The position numbers were made by a program, and so were the translations under genes. This document shows, one piece after another, positions 48,585 through 57,503 of a stretch of DNA of 64,000 nt. This DNA comes from an uncultured bacterium (GTDB taxonomy: Bacteria > Krumholzibacteriota > Krumholzibacteriia > Krumholzibacteriales > Krumholzibacteriaceae), in the NCBI GenBank assembly GCA_963813815.1, contig CAWFAD010000007.1, positions 64,001 through 128,000 on the forward strand, read 5' to 3'. The stretch's first letter is position 1, and the number at the start of each line of letters is the position of its first letter. The notes under the pieces are model-generated. The model was not told where the DNA came from. It saw only the letters and a list, made by a program, of their open reading frames with translations, and did not search any database.

Positions 48585-49564
48585 GCGGTTTCTTCCTCCG
48601 GCGGCTCGCGCAATCGATCGTGCTCCTCCTCATCGTGCTCACCATCACCTTCGCGCTCCTCCATCTCGCTCCCGGCGACCCGCTCGCCCGCTACTACCAT
48701 CCCGACATCAGCCCCGAGGCGGCCGAGCGGATGCGGCGCGCGCTCGGCCTCGACCGGCCGCTCCTCGAGCAGTACCTGCGCTGGATGGGAAGCTTTCTCC
48801 GCGGGGATTTCGGGGTGAGTCTGCGGTACCTGCGCCCCGTGCGAGAGCTCCTCGCCGAGGCGATCCCGAATACGCTCATTCTCACCGGGACGGCGCTCGC
48901 GCTGCACGTGGCCGCCGGCGTCCTGCTCGGCATGCTGTCTGCGGCCAAGCGCCGCACCGCGCTCGACCGCGCCAACACGATCGCCGCCGTCTTCGTCTAT
49001 TCGATACCGTCGTTCTGGCTGGCCCTCATGCTGATACTCCTCCTCTCGCTCAAGCTCGGGGTGCTCCCCTCATCGCACATGGAGTCGCTCGGGGCGACGG
49101 GTCTCTCGGGGGCGGCGCTCGCGGCCGACCGCCTGCGCCACCTCGTGCTCCCCGCGATCGTGCTCGGCCTCGCGTCGGCGGCGAGCACCGCCCGGTATCT
49201 GCGCGGAAGCATGATGGACGTACTGCGCGAGGATTACATACGGACGGCGCGCGCGAAAGGGCTTCCCGAGTCGCGCGTCCTCTGGAAGCACGCGTTCCGG
49301 AACGCCGCCGCGCCGCTCGTGACGATCACGGGTCTCAGCCTGCCGTTCCTCTTCGGCGGCGCCGTCGTCACGGAGACGATCTTCTCGTGGCCGGGGATGG
49401 GGAGGCTCGCCGTCGACGCGATCCACGCGCGAGACTACCCGGTGGTTCTCGCCGTGAATTTCGTTGTGGCGGCGATGGTTATCGCCGGAAACCTGCTCGC
49501 CGATACCGCGTACGGGCTGCTCGATCCCCGGATCACGTATACCCGGGGCGGGGAAAGGCGGTGA
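48581..49564 (+). CDS. oppB: peptide/nickel ABC transporter permease (OppB/DppB type)
   Basis: LAPGDP, GLDRPL..QY, DYIRTARAKGL and ETIFSWPGMG. Confidence 0.9.
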   Translation: MSGFFLRRLAQSIVLLLIVLTITFALLHLAPGDPLARYYHPDISPEAAERMRRALGLDRPLLEQYLRWMGSFLRGDFGVSLRYLRPVRELLAEAIPNTLILTGTALALHVAAGVLLGMLSAAKRRTALDRANTIAAVFVYSIPSFWLALMLILLLSLKLGVLPSSHMESLGATGLSGAALAADRLRHLVLPAIVLGLASAASTARYLRGSMMDVLREDYIRTARAKGLPESRVLWKHAFRNAAAPLVTITGLSLPFLFGGAVVTETIFSWPGMGRLAVDAIHARDYPVVLAVNFVVAAMVIAGNLLADTAYGLLDPRITYTRGGERR

Positions 49565-49586
49565 GCTCCGCGCGGCGGAGCGCGTC

Positions 49587-50474
49587 ATGACGGACATGAT
49601 CGGAGATCGCATCGCCGGCAAGGCCTCGGCCGGTCTCTGGTCTCAGGGCTGGACGCGCTTCAGGCGGAGCCGCTACGGCATGACCGGCGCGGCGATCGTC
49701 CTCGCGCTCTATCTGGCGGCTATCATCGCGCCGGTCCTTACGCCCTACGATCCCGTCGAGCAGGGGGACGTGCCGCGGATGAGGTTCGTCGCTCCCTGCA
49801 AGGAGCACCCGCTCGGCACCGACAAGTTCGGGCGCGACGTGTTTTCGAGGATCGTTTACGGCTCCCGCATATCGCTCACGATCGGGTTTCTCGCCGTCCT
49901 GATCTCGGTCGTGCTCGGCGCTCTCGTCGGCGCCGCGGCCGGATACTTCGGGGGCGCGATCGACGCCGTTCTCATGCGGATCGTCGACGCGCTCCTCGCC
50001 ATTCCGCGGCTCTTTCTCATGCTCACGTGCGTGGCGCTCTTCTCGGGCTCGACGGCGCTCATCGTCGTGCTGCTCGGCGCCACGGGATGGATGGCCGTCG
50101 CGCGGCTCGTGAGAGGACAGGTGCTCGCGATCCGCTCGCTCGATTACGTGAAGGCGGCCGAGGCGCTCGGGGCGCGGGGAGGGGCGATCATCTGGCGGCA
50201 CCTCCTGCCGAACACGCTCACGGTGATCATCGTGGCGGCGACGCTGCGCATCGGAGGAGTCATCCTGACGGAGGCGTCCCTCAGCTTCCTCGGGCTCGGC
50301 GTGAGCGCGCCGACGCCGAGCTGGGGGAACATGGTGTTCGAGGGGCGCGAGGTCCTGCTCGAAGCATGGTGGCTTTCCACCTTTCCGGGACTCGCGATTG
50401 CTGTTACAGTAATCGGGTTCAACATGTTCGGGGACGCGCTCAAGGAGGCGTTCGACCCGCGGCAGTCCGAGTGA
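49587..50474 (+). CDS. oppC: peptide/nickel ABC transporter permease (OppC/DppC type)
   Basis: [28 protein letters not shown] and [15 protein letters not shown]. Confidence 0.9.
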   Translation: MTDMIGDRIAGKASAGLWSQGWTRFRRSRYGMTGAAIVLALYLAAIIAPVLTPYDPVEQGDVPRMRFVAPCKEHPLGTDKFGRDVFSRIVYGSRISLTIGFLAVLISVVLGALVGAAAGYFGGAIDAVLMRIVDALLAIPRLFLMLTCVALFSGSTALIVVLLGATGWMAVARLVRGQVLAIRSLDYVKAAEALGARGGAIIWRHLLPNTLTVIIVAATLRIGGVILTEASLSFLGLGVSAPTPSWGNMVFEGREVLLEAWWLSTFPGLAIAVTVIGFNMFGDALKEAFDPRQSE

Positions 50475-50512
50475 CGGCCTCGCGGGGCGCCCGCGCGCCG
50501 AACGGAGAGATC

Positions 50513-51517
50513 ATGGAGACGCTTCTCGCCGTGGAAAATCTCGTGACCGTCCTCGATACCGAGCGCGGCGAGGCCCGGGCTGTCGACGGGGTGAGCTTCC
50601 GGATCGCCCCCGCCGAGACCCTCGGCCTCGTCGGCGAGTCGGGCTGCGGCAAGACGATGACGGCGCTCTCGATCATGCGGCTTCTGCCCGAGCCGATCGG
50701 GAGGATCGCCTCGGGCTCGATCCTCTTCGAGGGGCGCGACCTCGTCCGCCTCCCCGACAAGGAGATGCGGGCGGTGCGCGGCAACAAGATATCGATCGTG
50801 TTTCAGGAGCCGCTCACGAGTCTCAATCCCGTCTTTACGTGCGGCGAGCAGGTGCGCGAGGCGATCGCGCTCCACCGCCGCCTCGGCCGCGCGGCCTCGA
50901 AGGAGCGCGCGATCGAGATGCTCCGCCTCGTGCGGATCCCGGAGCCCGAGAAGCGCTATCACGCCTACCCGCATCAGATGAGCGGCGGCATGCGCCAGCG
51001 CGTCATGATCGCGATGGCGCTCTCCTGCGAGCCGTCCCTCGTCATCGCGGACGAGCCGACGAGCGCGCTCGACGTCTCCGTGCAGGGACAGATCATCGAG
51101 CTCCTCCGCGAGCTTCAGGGACGGCTCCGCATGGCGGTGCTCCTCATCACACACGATCTCGCGGTCGTCGCCGAGATGGTGGATCGCGTCATCGTGATGT
51201 ACGCGGGGGCCGTCGTCGAGGAGGCGCCGGTGGGCGAGCTTTTCGCGCGCCCCTCCCATCCGTACACGGAGGGGCTCATCGGATCGCTCGCGAGAGTCGA
51301 CCGCCGCGGCGGACGCCTCGCGGCGATTCCGGGGAACGTCCCCGACCCGCTGCGTCTTCCGCGGGGCTGCCGCTTCGGCGACCGCTGCGCTCGGCGCTTC
51401 GAGCGCTGCTCGGCGGCGGAGCCCCCGCTCTTCGCCGTGGCGGATGGGCATCGAGCGCGCTGCTGGCTGCGGGAGGGCGCGGGAGGGGGTGAGAGCAGTG
51501 CCGTCCGAGGCGCGTGA
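50513..51517 (+). CDS. oppD: peptide ABC transporter ATP-binding protein (OppD/DppD type)
   Basis: [25 protein letters not shown] and C-terminal GC.F..RC...C...C. Confidence 0.9.
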   Translation: METLLAVENLVTVLDTERGEARAVDGVSFRIAPAETLGLVGESGCGKTMTALSIMRLLPEPIGRIASGSILFEGRDLVRLPDKEMRAVRGNKISIVFQEPLTSLNPVFTCGEQVREAIALHRRLGRAASKERAIEMLRLVRIPEPEKRYHAYPHQMSGGMRQRVMIAMALSCEPSLVIADEPTSALDVSVQGQIIELLRELQGRLRMAVLLITHDLAVVAEMVDRVIVMYAGAVVEEAPVGELFARPSHPYTEGLIGSLARVDRRGGRLAAIPGNVPDPLRLPRGCRFGDRCARRFERCSAAEPPLFAVADGHRARCWLREGAGGGESSAVRGA

Positions 51518-52493
51518 CGGCGCCGTCGCTCTCGCGGCGCTCGGCATACGAAAGCATTACCGTGGCTCGGGGGGATCGTTCCTGAGGTCGGGGCCCCTCG
51601 TGAGGGCCGTGGACGGGGTCGATCTCGTCCTGCCGCGCGGCTCGACCGTGGGACTCGTGGGGGAGTCGGGCTGCGGCAAGAGCACGCTCGCCCGGGTCCT
51701 CATCCGCCTCGAGGAGCCGACGGAGGGATCGATCCGGCTCGGGGCGGACGATTTTCTCGCTCTGCGCGGCGGCGATCTCCGCAGGGCCCGCCGGCGCATC
51801 CAGATGATCTTCCAGGATCCCTACTCCTCGCTCAACCCGCGGCTCACCGTCGGGAGCACGATCGGGGAGGGCATCCGCATACACCGGCTCGCCCGCGGGA
51901 GGGCGGCGAGGGATCGCGTGGCCGCGCTCCTCGAAAAGGTCGGGCTCGGGAGCGAGGCGGCCTCGAAGTATCCGCACGAGTTCTCGGGAGGGCAGCGCCA
52001 GCGCGTGGGGATCGCTCGGGCGCTCGCCGTCGAACCCGAGATCATCGTCGCCGATGAACCGGTGTCCGCGCTCGACGTGTCGATACGCGCCCAGATCATC
52101 AACCTGCTCAAGGACCTCCAGGCGGATTTCGGCCTCACCTACCTCTTCATCGCGCACGACCTCGGGATCGTCGAGCACGTGAGCGACTCGGTCGCCGTGA
52201 TGTACTGCGGAAAGATCGTCGAGCTCTCGCCGTCGGAGGCGCTCTTCCGGGAGCCGCTGCATCCGTACACGGCGGGGCTCATCGCATCCGCCCCCGTGGC
52301 GGACCCGGCCGGCCGCTCCGCCCGCGCCGCCATCCCGGGAGACGTGCCGAGCCCCGCGAACGTGCCTCCCGGTTGCGCGTTCCATCCGCGTTGTCCGCGC
52401 GTCATGGACCGGTGCCGCGTCGAGCCGCCGGCGCTCGCCTCGCGCGGGGAGGGCCGGAGCGTTCGATGCTGGCTGTACCCCGTCTCCGCGTGA
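51498..52493 (+). CDS. oppF: peptide ABC transporter ATP-binding protein (OppF/DppF type)
   Basis: GESGCGKST, FQDPYSSLNPR, YPHEFSGGQRQR and GCAFHPRCP; start may instead be GTG 51489. Confidence 0.9.
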   Translation: MPSEARDGAVALAALGIRKHYRGSGGSFLRSGPLVRAVDGVDLVLPRGSTVGLVGESGCGKSTLARVLIRLEEPTEGSIRLGADDFLALRGGDLRRARRRIQMIFQDPYSSLNPRLTVGSTIGEGIRIHRLARGRAARDRVAALLEKVGLGSEAASKYPHEFSGGQRQRVGIARALAVEPEIIVADEPVSALDVSIRAQIINLLKDLQADFGLTYLFIAHDLGIVEHVSDSVAVMYCGKIVELSPSEALFREPLHPYTAGLIASAPVADPAGRSARAAIPGDVPSPANVPPGCAFHPRCPRVMDRCRVEPPALASRGEGRSVRCWLYPVSA

Positions 52494-52500
52494 CGGCGCG

Positions 52501-52530
52501 GGGGGAGGGGCGGCTCTCCCTTTTTCTGTT
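52501..52530 (+). terminator. rho-independent terminator after oppF
   Basis: GGGAGGG-gcgg-CTCTCCC followed by TTTTTCTGTT. Confidence 0.65.
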
Positions 52531-52558
52531 GTCAGACGCCTTTGCGAACCGTTATAGT
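52529..52558 (+). promoter_or_regulatory. sigma70-like promoter for the V/A-ATPase operon
   Basis: TTGTCA-18nt-TATAGT. Confidence 0.55.
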
Positions 52559-52663
52559 ACGGTGTTTTCATTGCCCATCCGCGCATGGGAACGCTTCGCC
52601 ATAGCACGTGATCGCGCATAGTCGAAACGGCATACGAGCACATTTTTCTCGAGGAGTTCGTCG

Positions 52664-52981
52664 ATGATTGAGCAGCATCTCGATCGCATCCGGGCGGCGG
52701 AGGAGCGCGCGCGGGAGGCCGTCGCTGGCGCCGAGGTCCGCGCGGCGGAGATCCTCGATCGCGCGCGGCGGGAGGGGGAGGTGCGCATCGACGAGGCGCG
52801 GGCCGAGGCGGTCGAGCGGGAGCGCTCGATCCTCGCCGCGGCGCGGCGCTCCGCGGGCGAGAGCATCTCGACGCTGCGCGCGGAGAACGCGAAGCGGCTC
52901 GCGGCGCTCGCCGTCCTCGCGCGCAAGAACGAGGAGCGCGCCGTCGAGATGATCGTGAAGGAATTCGGTCCGGGCGCCTGA
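52664..52981 (+). CDS. V/A-type ATPase peripheral-stalk subunit G/H
   Basis: 105-aa Ala/Glu/Arg coiled coil (IRAAEERA...A) as first gene of the operon; GAGGAG RBS. Confidence 0.8.
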   Translation: MIEQHLDRIRAAEERAREAVAGAEVRAAEILDRARREGEVRIDEARAEAVERERSILAAARRSAGESISTLRAENAKRLAALAVLARKNEERAVEMIVKEFGPGA

Positions 52982-53028
52982 GGTCCGGGCCCACCCGGCG
53001 GCCTCGCGCCGCCGGAGCGGGGGATCCC

Positions 53029-54999
53029 ATGTCCGTCAGCCGCATGCTCAAGATACGGATCCTCGCCCACGCCTCCATAGAGGACGCGTTCAAGGCGTAT
53101 CTCAGGGAAGCGGGCGTGATCGAGATCACCGACGCCGCGGTCGAGGGGTTCGCCGGCGCGCCTCCCGGGCAGGAGACGGAGCGGCTCGGGCGGCTCGTCG
53201 AGCGGGCGGAGGCGGCCGGCGCCTATCTCGAGCGGTACGTTCCCAAACCGACGCTCGCCGAAAGGCTTTCCGGAGGCCCCGTCGAGGTGACGGCGGCAGG
53301 GATCGAGCGGATGGCCGGCGAGCTCGACGTCGAGAAGATAGCGGGCCGCTGTCAGGAGCTCGAAGGGGAGCTTCGCCGCTGCCGCGACGAGCGCGCCTGG
53401 GCGGCGGATCTCGTACGGGAGCTCGCTCACTGGACGGCGATCGAGCGCCCCCTCGAATCTCTCGCGACGGAGCGGTGCGAGTGCCAGCTCTGGAGCTTTC
53501 CGGACGCGGCGCTCGCGGAGACCGCGTCCGCCGCCTTCGAGCGCCGTCCGGCGGCTCACCGCGAGATCGTGTCCCGCTCGGGCGGGAGGACGTACCTCGC
53601 CGCGATCGCGCTCCGGGAGGAAGCGGCCGAGCTCGGCGAAGAGCTCAAGCAAGCGTCCGGGGTTCGTTTCGCCCACGAGAGGCTCCGCGGAACGCCCGCC
53701 GGCATCATCGAGCGCGAGAGAGCGCGCATGGACGAGCTCGAAGCCGCGGCGGAGCGAGCGGACGCCGAGGGTCGCGAGCTCTCCGCAGTCCGAGGGCGGC
53801 TGCTCGCCCTGGCCGATCACTATCGCGAGCGCCGCTCGCTCGTCGAGGTCGAGCGCCATATTCACCACACGGAGCGGACCGTTCTCATCGAGGGGTGGAT
53901 CCGCGCCGTCGACCGCCGCCGGTTCGAAAAGGAGACGGCGCGGCGCTGGAGCGAGGTCGAAATAGTCTCGCGCGAGCCGATCGAGGGGGAGGATCCCCCG
54001 GTCGCGCTGGAGAACAGCCGGCGGATCCGGCCCTTCGAGTTCGTCCTGACGCTGTACGGACGGCCGCTCTACGGCGAGGTGGATCCGACGCCTCTCTTGG
54101 CGCCGTTCTTCGTTCTCTGCTTCTCCCTCTGCATGGGGGACGCGGGGTACGGAACGGTTCTCGTCGCCCTGAGCGCCCTGCTGCTCTTCAAGCTGCGGGT
54201 GCGAGGCGGCACGCGGAGCCTCGCGCAGCTCCTCCTCGCGGGGGGCTCCCTCACCATCGTCGTCGGCATCCTCACGGGCGGCTATTTCGGGATCCCGACG
54301 GAGGCGCTTCCCCGGTTCATGCAGCGCCTCGTCGTCATCGATCCGCTCAACGATCCGATGAAAATGCTCAACGTCTCCTTCCTCGTCGGCATCGTTCATA
54401 TCCTCTTCGGCATGGGCGTCAAGATGGTGATCGACTTCAGGGCGGGGCTCTGGATGGACGCCGTCTTCGACGATCTCGGCTGGATGCTGCTCATCATCGT
54501 GCTCGTGCCGCTCGGCTACGCGGGGATTCTCGGCGGATCGGTCCCCGCGCCCGTCATGTTCTACGCCTCTCGCGCGGCGCTCGCCATCGCGGCGGTGCTC
54601 TTCGTCACGGGCATCCGGAAGGAGCGGAACCGGTTCCTCGGGATTTTCAAGAGCATCCTCCGGTTCTACAGCATCACCGGCTACTTCGGAGACGTCCTCT
54701 CCTACGCGCGACTGCTGGCGCTCGGCCTCGCGGGGGGCGCCATCGCGATCGCCATCAACGGGATCGCGCAGATGGTGACGGGGCTCCCCGCCTTCACGGG
54801 ATATATCGCGGCGGCGCTCGTGCTCCTTCTCGGGCACGCGTTCAACCTGACCATCAACATCCTCGGCGCCTTTGTGCACTCGGCCCGGCTTCAGTACCTC
54901 GAGTTCTTCAACAAGTTTTTCGCCGGCGGGGGACGGGAGTTCCGCCCCTTCCGCAGCGAACGGCGATACACGGTCTTGCGGGAAACGAACGAATCGTGA
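53029..54999 (+). CDS. ntpI: V/A-type ATPase subunit I (a)
   Basis: EGWI, YGRP.YGEVDPT, MGDAGYG, GDVLSYARLLALGL and VHSARLQYLEFF.KF. Confidence 0.95.
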   Translation: MSVSRMLKIRILAHASIEDAFKAYLREAGVIEITDAAVEGFAGAPPGQETERLGRLVERAEAAGAYLERYVPKPTLAERLSGGPVEVTAAGIERMAGELDVEKIAGRCQELEGELRRCRDERAWAADLVRELAHWTAIERPLESLATERCECQLWSFPDAALAETASAAFERRPAAHREIVSRSGGRTYLAAIALREEAAELGEELKQASGVRFAHERLRGTPAGIIERERARMDELEAAAERADAEGRELSAVRGRLLALADHYRERRSLVEVERHIHHTERTVLIEGWIRAVDRRRFEKETARRWSEVEIVSREPIEGEDPPVALENSRRIRPFEFVLTLYGRPLYGEVDPTPLLAPFFVLCFSLCMGDAGYGTVLVALSALLLFKLRVRGGTRSLAQLLLAGGSLTIVVGILTGGYFGIPTEALPRFMQRLVVIDPLNDPMKMLNVSFLVGIVHILFGMGVKMVIDFRAGLWMDAVFDDLGWMLLIIVLVPLGYAGILGGSVPAPVMFYASRAALAIAAVLFVTGIRKERNRFLGIFKSILRFYSITGYFGDVLSYARLLALGLAGGAIAIAINGIAQMVTGLPAFTGYIAAALVLLLGHAFNLTINILGAFVHSARLQYLEFFNKFFAGGGREFRPFRSERRYTVLRETNES

Positions 55000-55024
55000 A
55001 CATGTTTCAGGGAAGGAGTGTCGT

Positions 55025-55498
55025 ATGCTCGGTTTCGCGTTGCTCGTCATAGGCGCGGCGCTCGCGGCGGGGCTCGCCGGGTGCGGTTCCGCGCTCGGGT
55101 GCGGCGTCGTCGGCATGGCGGCGAGCGGGGTCGTGAGCGAGGATCCGAACAAGTTCGGCCGCCTGCTGCTGCTCCAGGCCCTCCCGGGGACGCAGGGTAT
55201 CTACGGGCTCGTCGCGCTTTTTATGATCATCAACAAGTTCGCGAGCTGGGGGATCGAGCCCTCGGCGGTGACCGTGAAGACGGGTCTCGAGATCATCGGT
55301 ACGGCGCTCCCGGTCGGTCTCACGGGGCTCGTTTCGGGGCTGTACCAGGGCAAGGTGTGCGCGGCGGCTTGCAGTCTCGTCGCGAAACGTCCGGGAGAGG
55401 TCGGCAAGGGGCTCGTGTTCGGCGTCGTCATCGAAACGTACGCCGTGCTCGGGCTGTTGGCGACCATCCTTCTTCTCCAGCGCATCACGGTCGGCTGA
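55025..55498 (+). CDS. ntpK: V/A-type ATPase subunit K (four-TM proteolipid)
   Basis: GSALG, LQALPGTQGIYG, YQGKV and IETYAVLGL. Confidence 0.95.
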   Translation: MLGFALLVIGAALAAGLAGCGSALGCGVVGMAASGVVSEDPNKFGRLLLLQALPGTQGIYGLVALFMIINKFASWGIEPSAVTVKTGLEIIGTALPVGLTGLVSGLYQGKVCAAACSLVAKRPGEVGKGLVFGVVIETYAVLGLLATILLLQRITVG

Positions 55499-55522
55499 GC
55501 CGGCGGGCGCAAGGGAAGCGGC

Positions 55523-56110
55523 ATGTCGATAGAGAACATACTGCAACGGATAGAGGACGAGACGCGATCGCGCGTGGACGAGATCACTCGCGCCGCCGAG
55601 GAGAGTTCGGAGGCGATCCGAGGAGAGCACGAGGAGCGCTGCGCCGCGCTCCGCGGGGAGCTCGAGGAACGCATCCGCGCGAAGGCGGCGAACGAGGAGC
55701 GGCGGCTCATCGTGGCCGCGGAGCTTGACCTGCGCAAGAAGATCCTCGAGCGCAAGCGCGAGCTCCTCGCCGAGGTTTGTCGCGAGGCGCGCAGGCGGAT
55801 CGAGGCCCTTCCCGAGGACCGGTACCTCGAGATCGTCAAGGCGCTCGTTCTGCGGCACGCGCTCTCGGGGCGGGAGGAGATCGTCGTTCCATCGTCGCAG
55901 CGGGGGCTTTTCACCCCGGCCTTCGTCGAGGAGCTCAACCGGGAGCGCCCCGGAGCCTCGCTCCGCGTCGCGGACGAGGCGGGGGACTTTCCGTGGGGAG
56001 TCGTGCTCCGCGAGGGGCAGCGCCGGGTGGATCTCACGATCGGGGTCATATTCGAGCAGTTCGCCGCGCGCATCGAATCGCGGGTCGCGGCGGCGCTCTT
56101 CGCCGAATGA
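55523..56110 (+). CDS. ntpE: V/A-type ATPase subunit E
   Basis: MSIENILQRI coiled coil, GVVL..G.....D motif, ends AALF; operon position. Confidence 0.88.
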   Translation: MSIENILQRIEDETRSRVDEITRAAEESSEAIRGEHEERCAALRGELEERIRAKAANEERRLIVAAELDLRKKILERKRELLAEVCREARRRIEALPEDRYLEIVKALVLRHALSGREEIVVPSSQRGLFTPAFVEELNRERPGASLRVADEAGDFPWGVVLREGQRRVDLTIGVIFEQFAARIESRVAAALFAE

Positions 56111-57089
56111 GAGGAAGCGTGGCGGAGGACTACACCTATATCGTGGCTCGCCTCCGGGCCGTCGAGGCGGCGCTTCCCGAAAAGGCCTGGTTCGAGCGGC
56201 TCGCGCGCGCCCCCGAGGAGAATATTCTCGGATCGCTCCGCGAGCACTACAGCGCCTTCGAGGGGGTCGGCTCGCTGCTGGAGTTCGAGCTGCCGCTCGC
56301 CGCTCTGCGGCTGGAGGCGCTCGAGCTCGTCACCTCGCTTCTCGCCGGGGAGCGGCCGCGGCTGCTGCTGCGGGCCGGATACGACTTTGACAACGTCCGC
56401 CACGCCTGGAAGGCGGCGAAGCTCGGGCGGACGGCGACCGGCCTCACGGCCTTCGGTCTCGTGCCGGCGGCGGCGGTGGAGGAGGTCTTCGCGGGGAAGG
56501 CTTCGCGGGGGCTCCCGCCGCATCTCGAGCGGCTCGTCGAGACGCTCGAGTCCGTCTACGAGGCCTCTCGAAGCCTCGCGGCCTCGGAACGCGCCGGCGA
56601 GTCGGCGAAATGGCGATTCCTGTTCGAAACGGCGCCGGACGCGCGCTCGATCGAATACCTCCGTTTGAAGGTCGACCTCGCGAACATCAAGACCTTCGTC
56701 CGGCTCCGGCGCGAGCCGGTGAGGATCGAGGGCTCGGCGACGGCGTGGTGCCCGGGGGGGAGATCGAGCCCGCCCGCTTCGAGAGTCTCGCCGGCGAGCC
56801 CGTCGAGGAGTTCTTCGCGTTTCTCGCGACGACCTCGTATCGCTCTCTCCAGGCGGCCGGGCTCGCGAAGGACGCTCCCCTCTGGCGGGTGGACGCCGCC
56901 GTCCGCCGCGCGACCATGGAGCTGCTCGGCGAGAGCCGGTACCGGCATTTCGACATTTCACCGGTGCTCTACCATCTCGAGCTCCGGGAGCGGAACGAAG
57001 AGATTCTTCGCCGCGTCATGGCGGGAAAGGTGAACCGCATGAGCGAGGACGCGCTTCTCGAGCGCGTCGAGGCGCTGCTCGCGGCGTAG
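56107..57089 (+). CDS. ntpC: V/A-type ATPase subunit C, split by a 1-nt frameshift near 56746-56760
   Basis: N-part Y.Y.VARLRA.E, YDFDN and VDLANIKTFVR in one frame; C-part PGGEIE...F...PVLYHLELRERNEEILRRVMAGK in another; G7 run at 56754-56760. Confidence 0.85.
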
Positions 57090-57107
57090 CGGGGGGACGG
57101 AACGGCC

Positions 57108-57452
57108 ATGGCGAAGAACATCGCGGTCATCGGAAACACGGATTCGATAGAATATTTTCGCCTGCTCGGGTGCGAGACGTACGAGACGCGCGGCGGCGTC
57201 CTCACGCAGGAGCAGTTCGACGAGGTCGTGAAGCGGCGCTTCAAGATCATTCTCGTCACCGAGGAAGTATTTCACCAGTACCGGGATCTCATCCGCCGGC
57301 GCACGCTCCGGATGTTTCCCGTCGTGAGCATCATCCCCGACGTGCGCGGGGCCGTCTGGACGAAGGAAGGGCCGCGCCCCGGGGGCGTCGCCTTCGAGGA
57401 GCTCCGGACGGCGGTCGTGAAGGCGGTCGGACAGGACATCGCGCCGAAGTGA
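57108..57452 (+). CDS. V/A-type ATPase subunit F
   Basis: IAVIG..DSI..FRLLG, IILVTE, P.V..IP and VVKAVG.DI. Confidence 0.9.
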   Translation: MAKNIAVIGNTDSIEYFRLLGCETYETRGGVLTQEQFDEVVKRRFKIILVTEEVFHQYRDLIRRRTLRMFPVVSIIPDVRGAVWTKEGPRPGGVAFEELRTAVVKAVGQDIAPK

Positions 57453-57503
57453 CCCCCGCGGGCGCCGCCGCCGCGGGGCGTGATTGGAGGAATCGGTAAC
57501 GGT

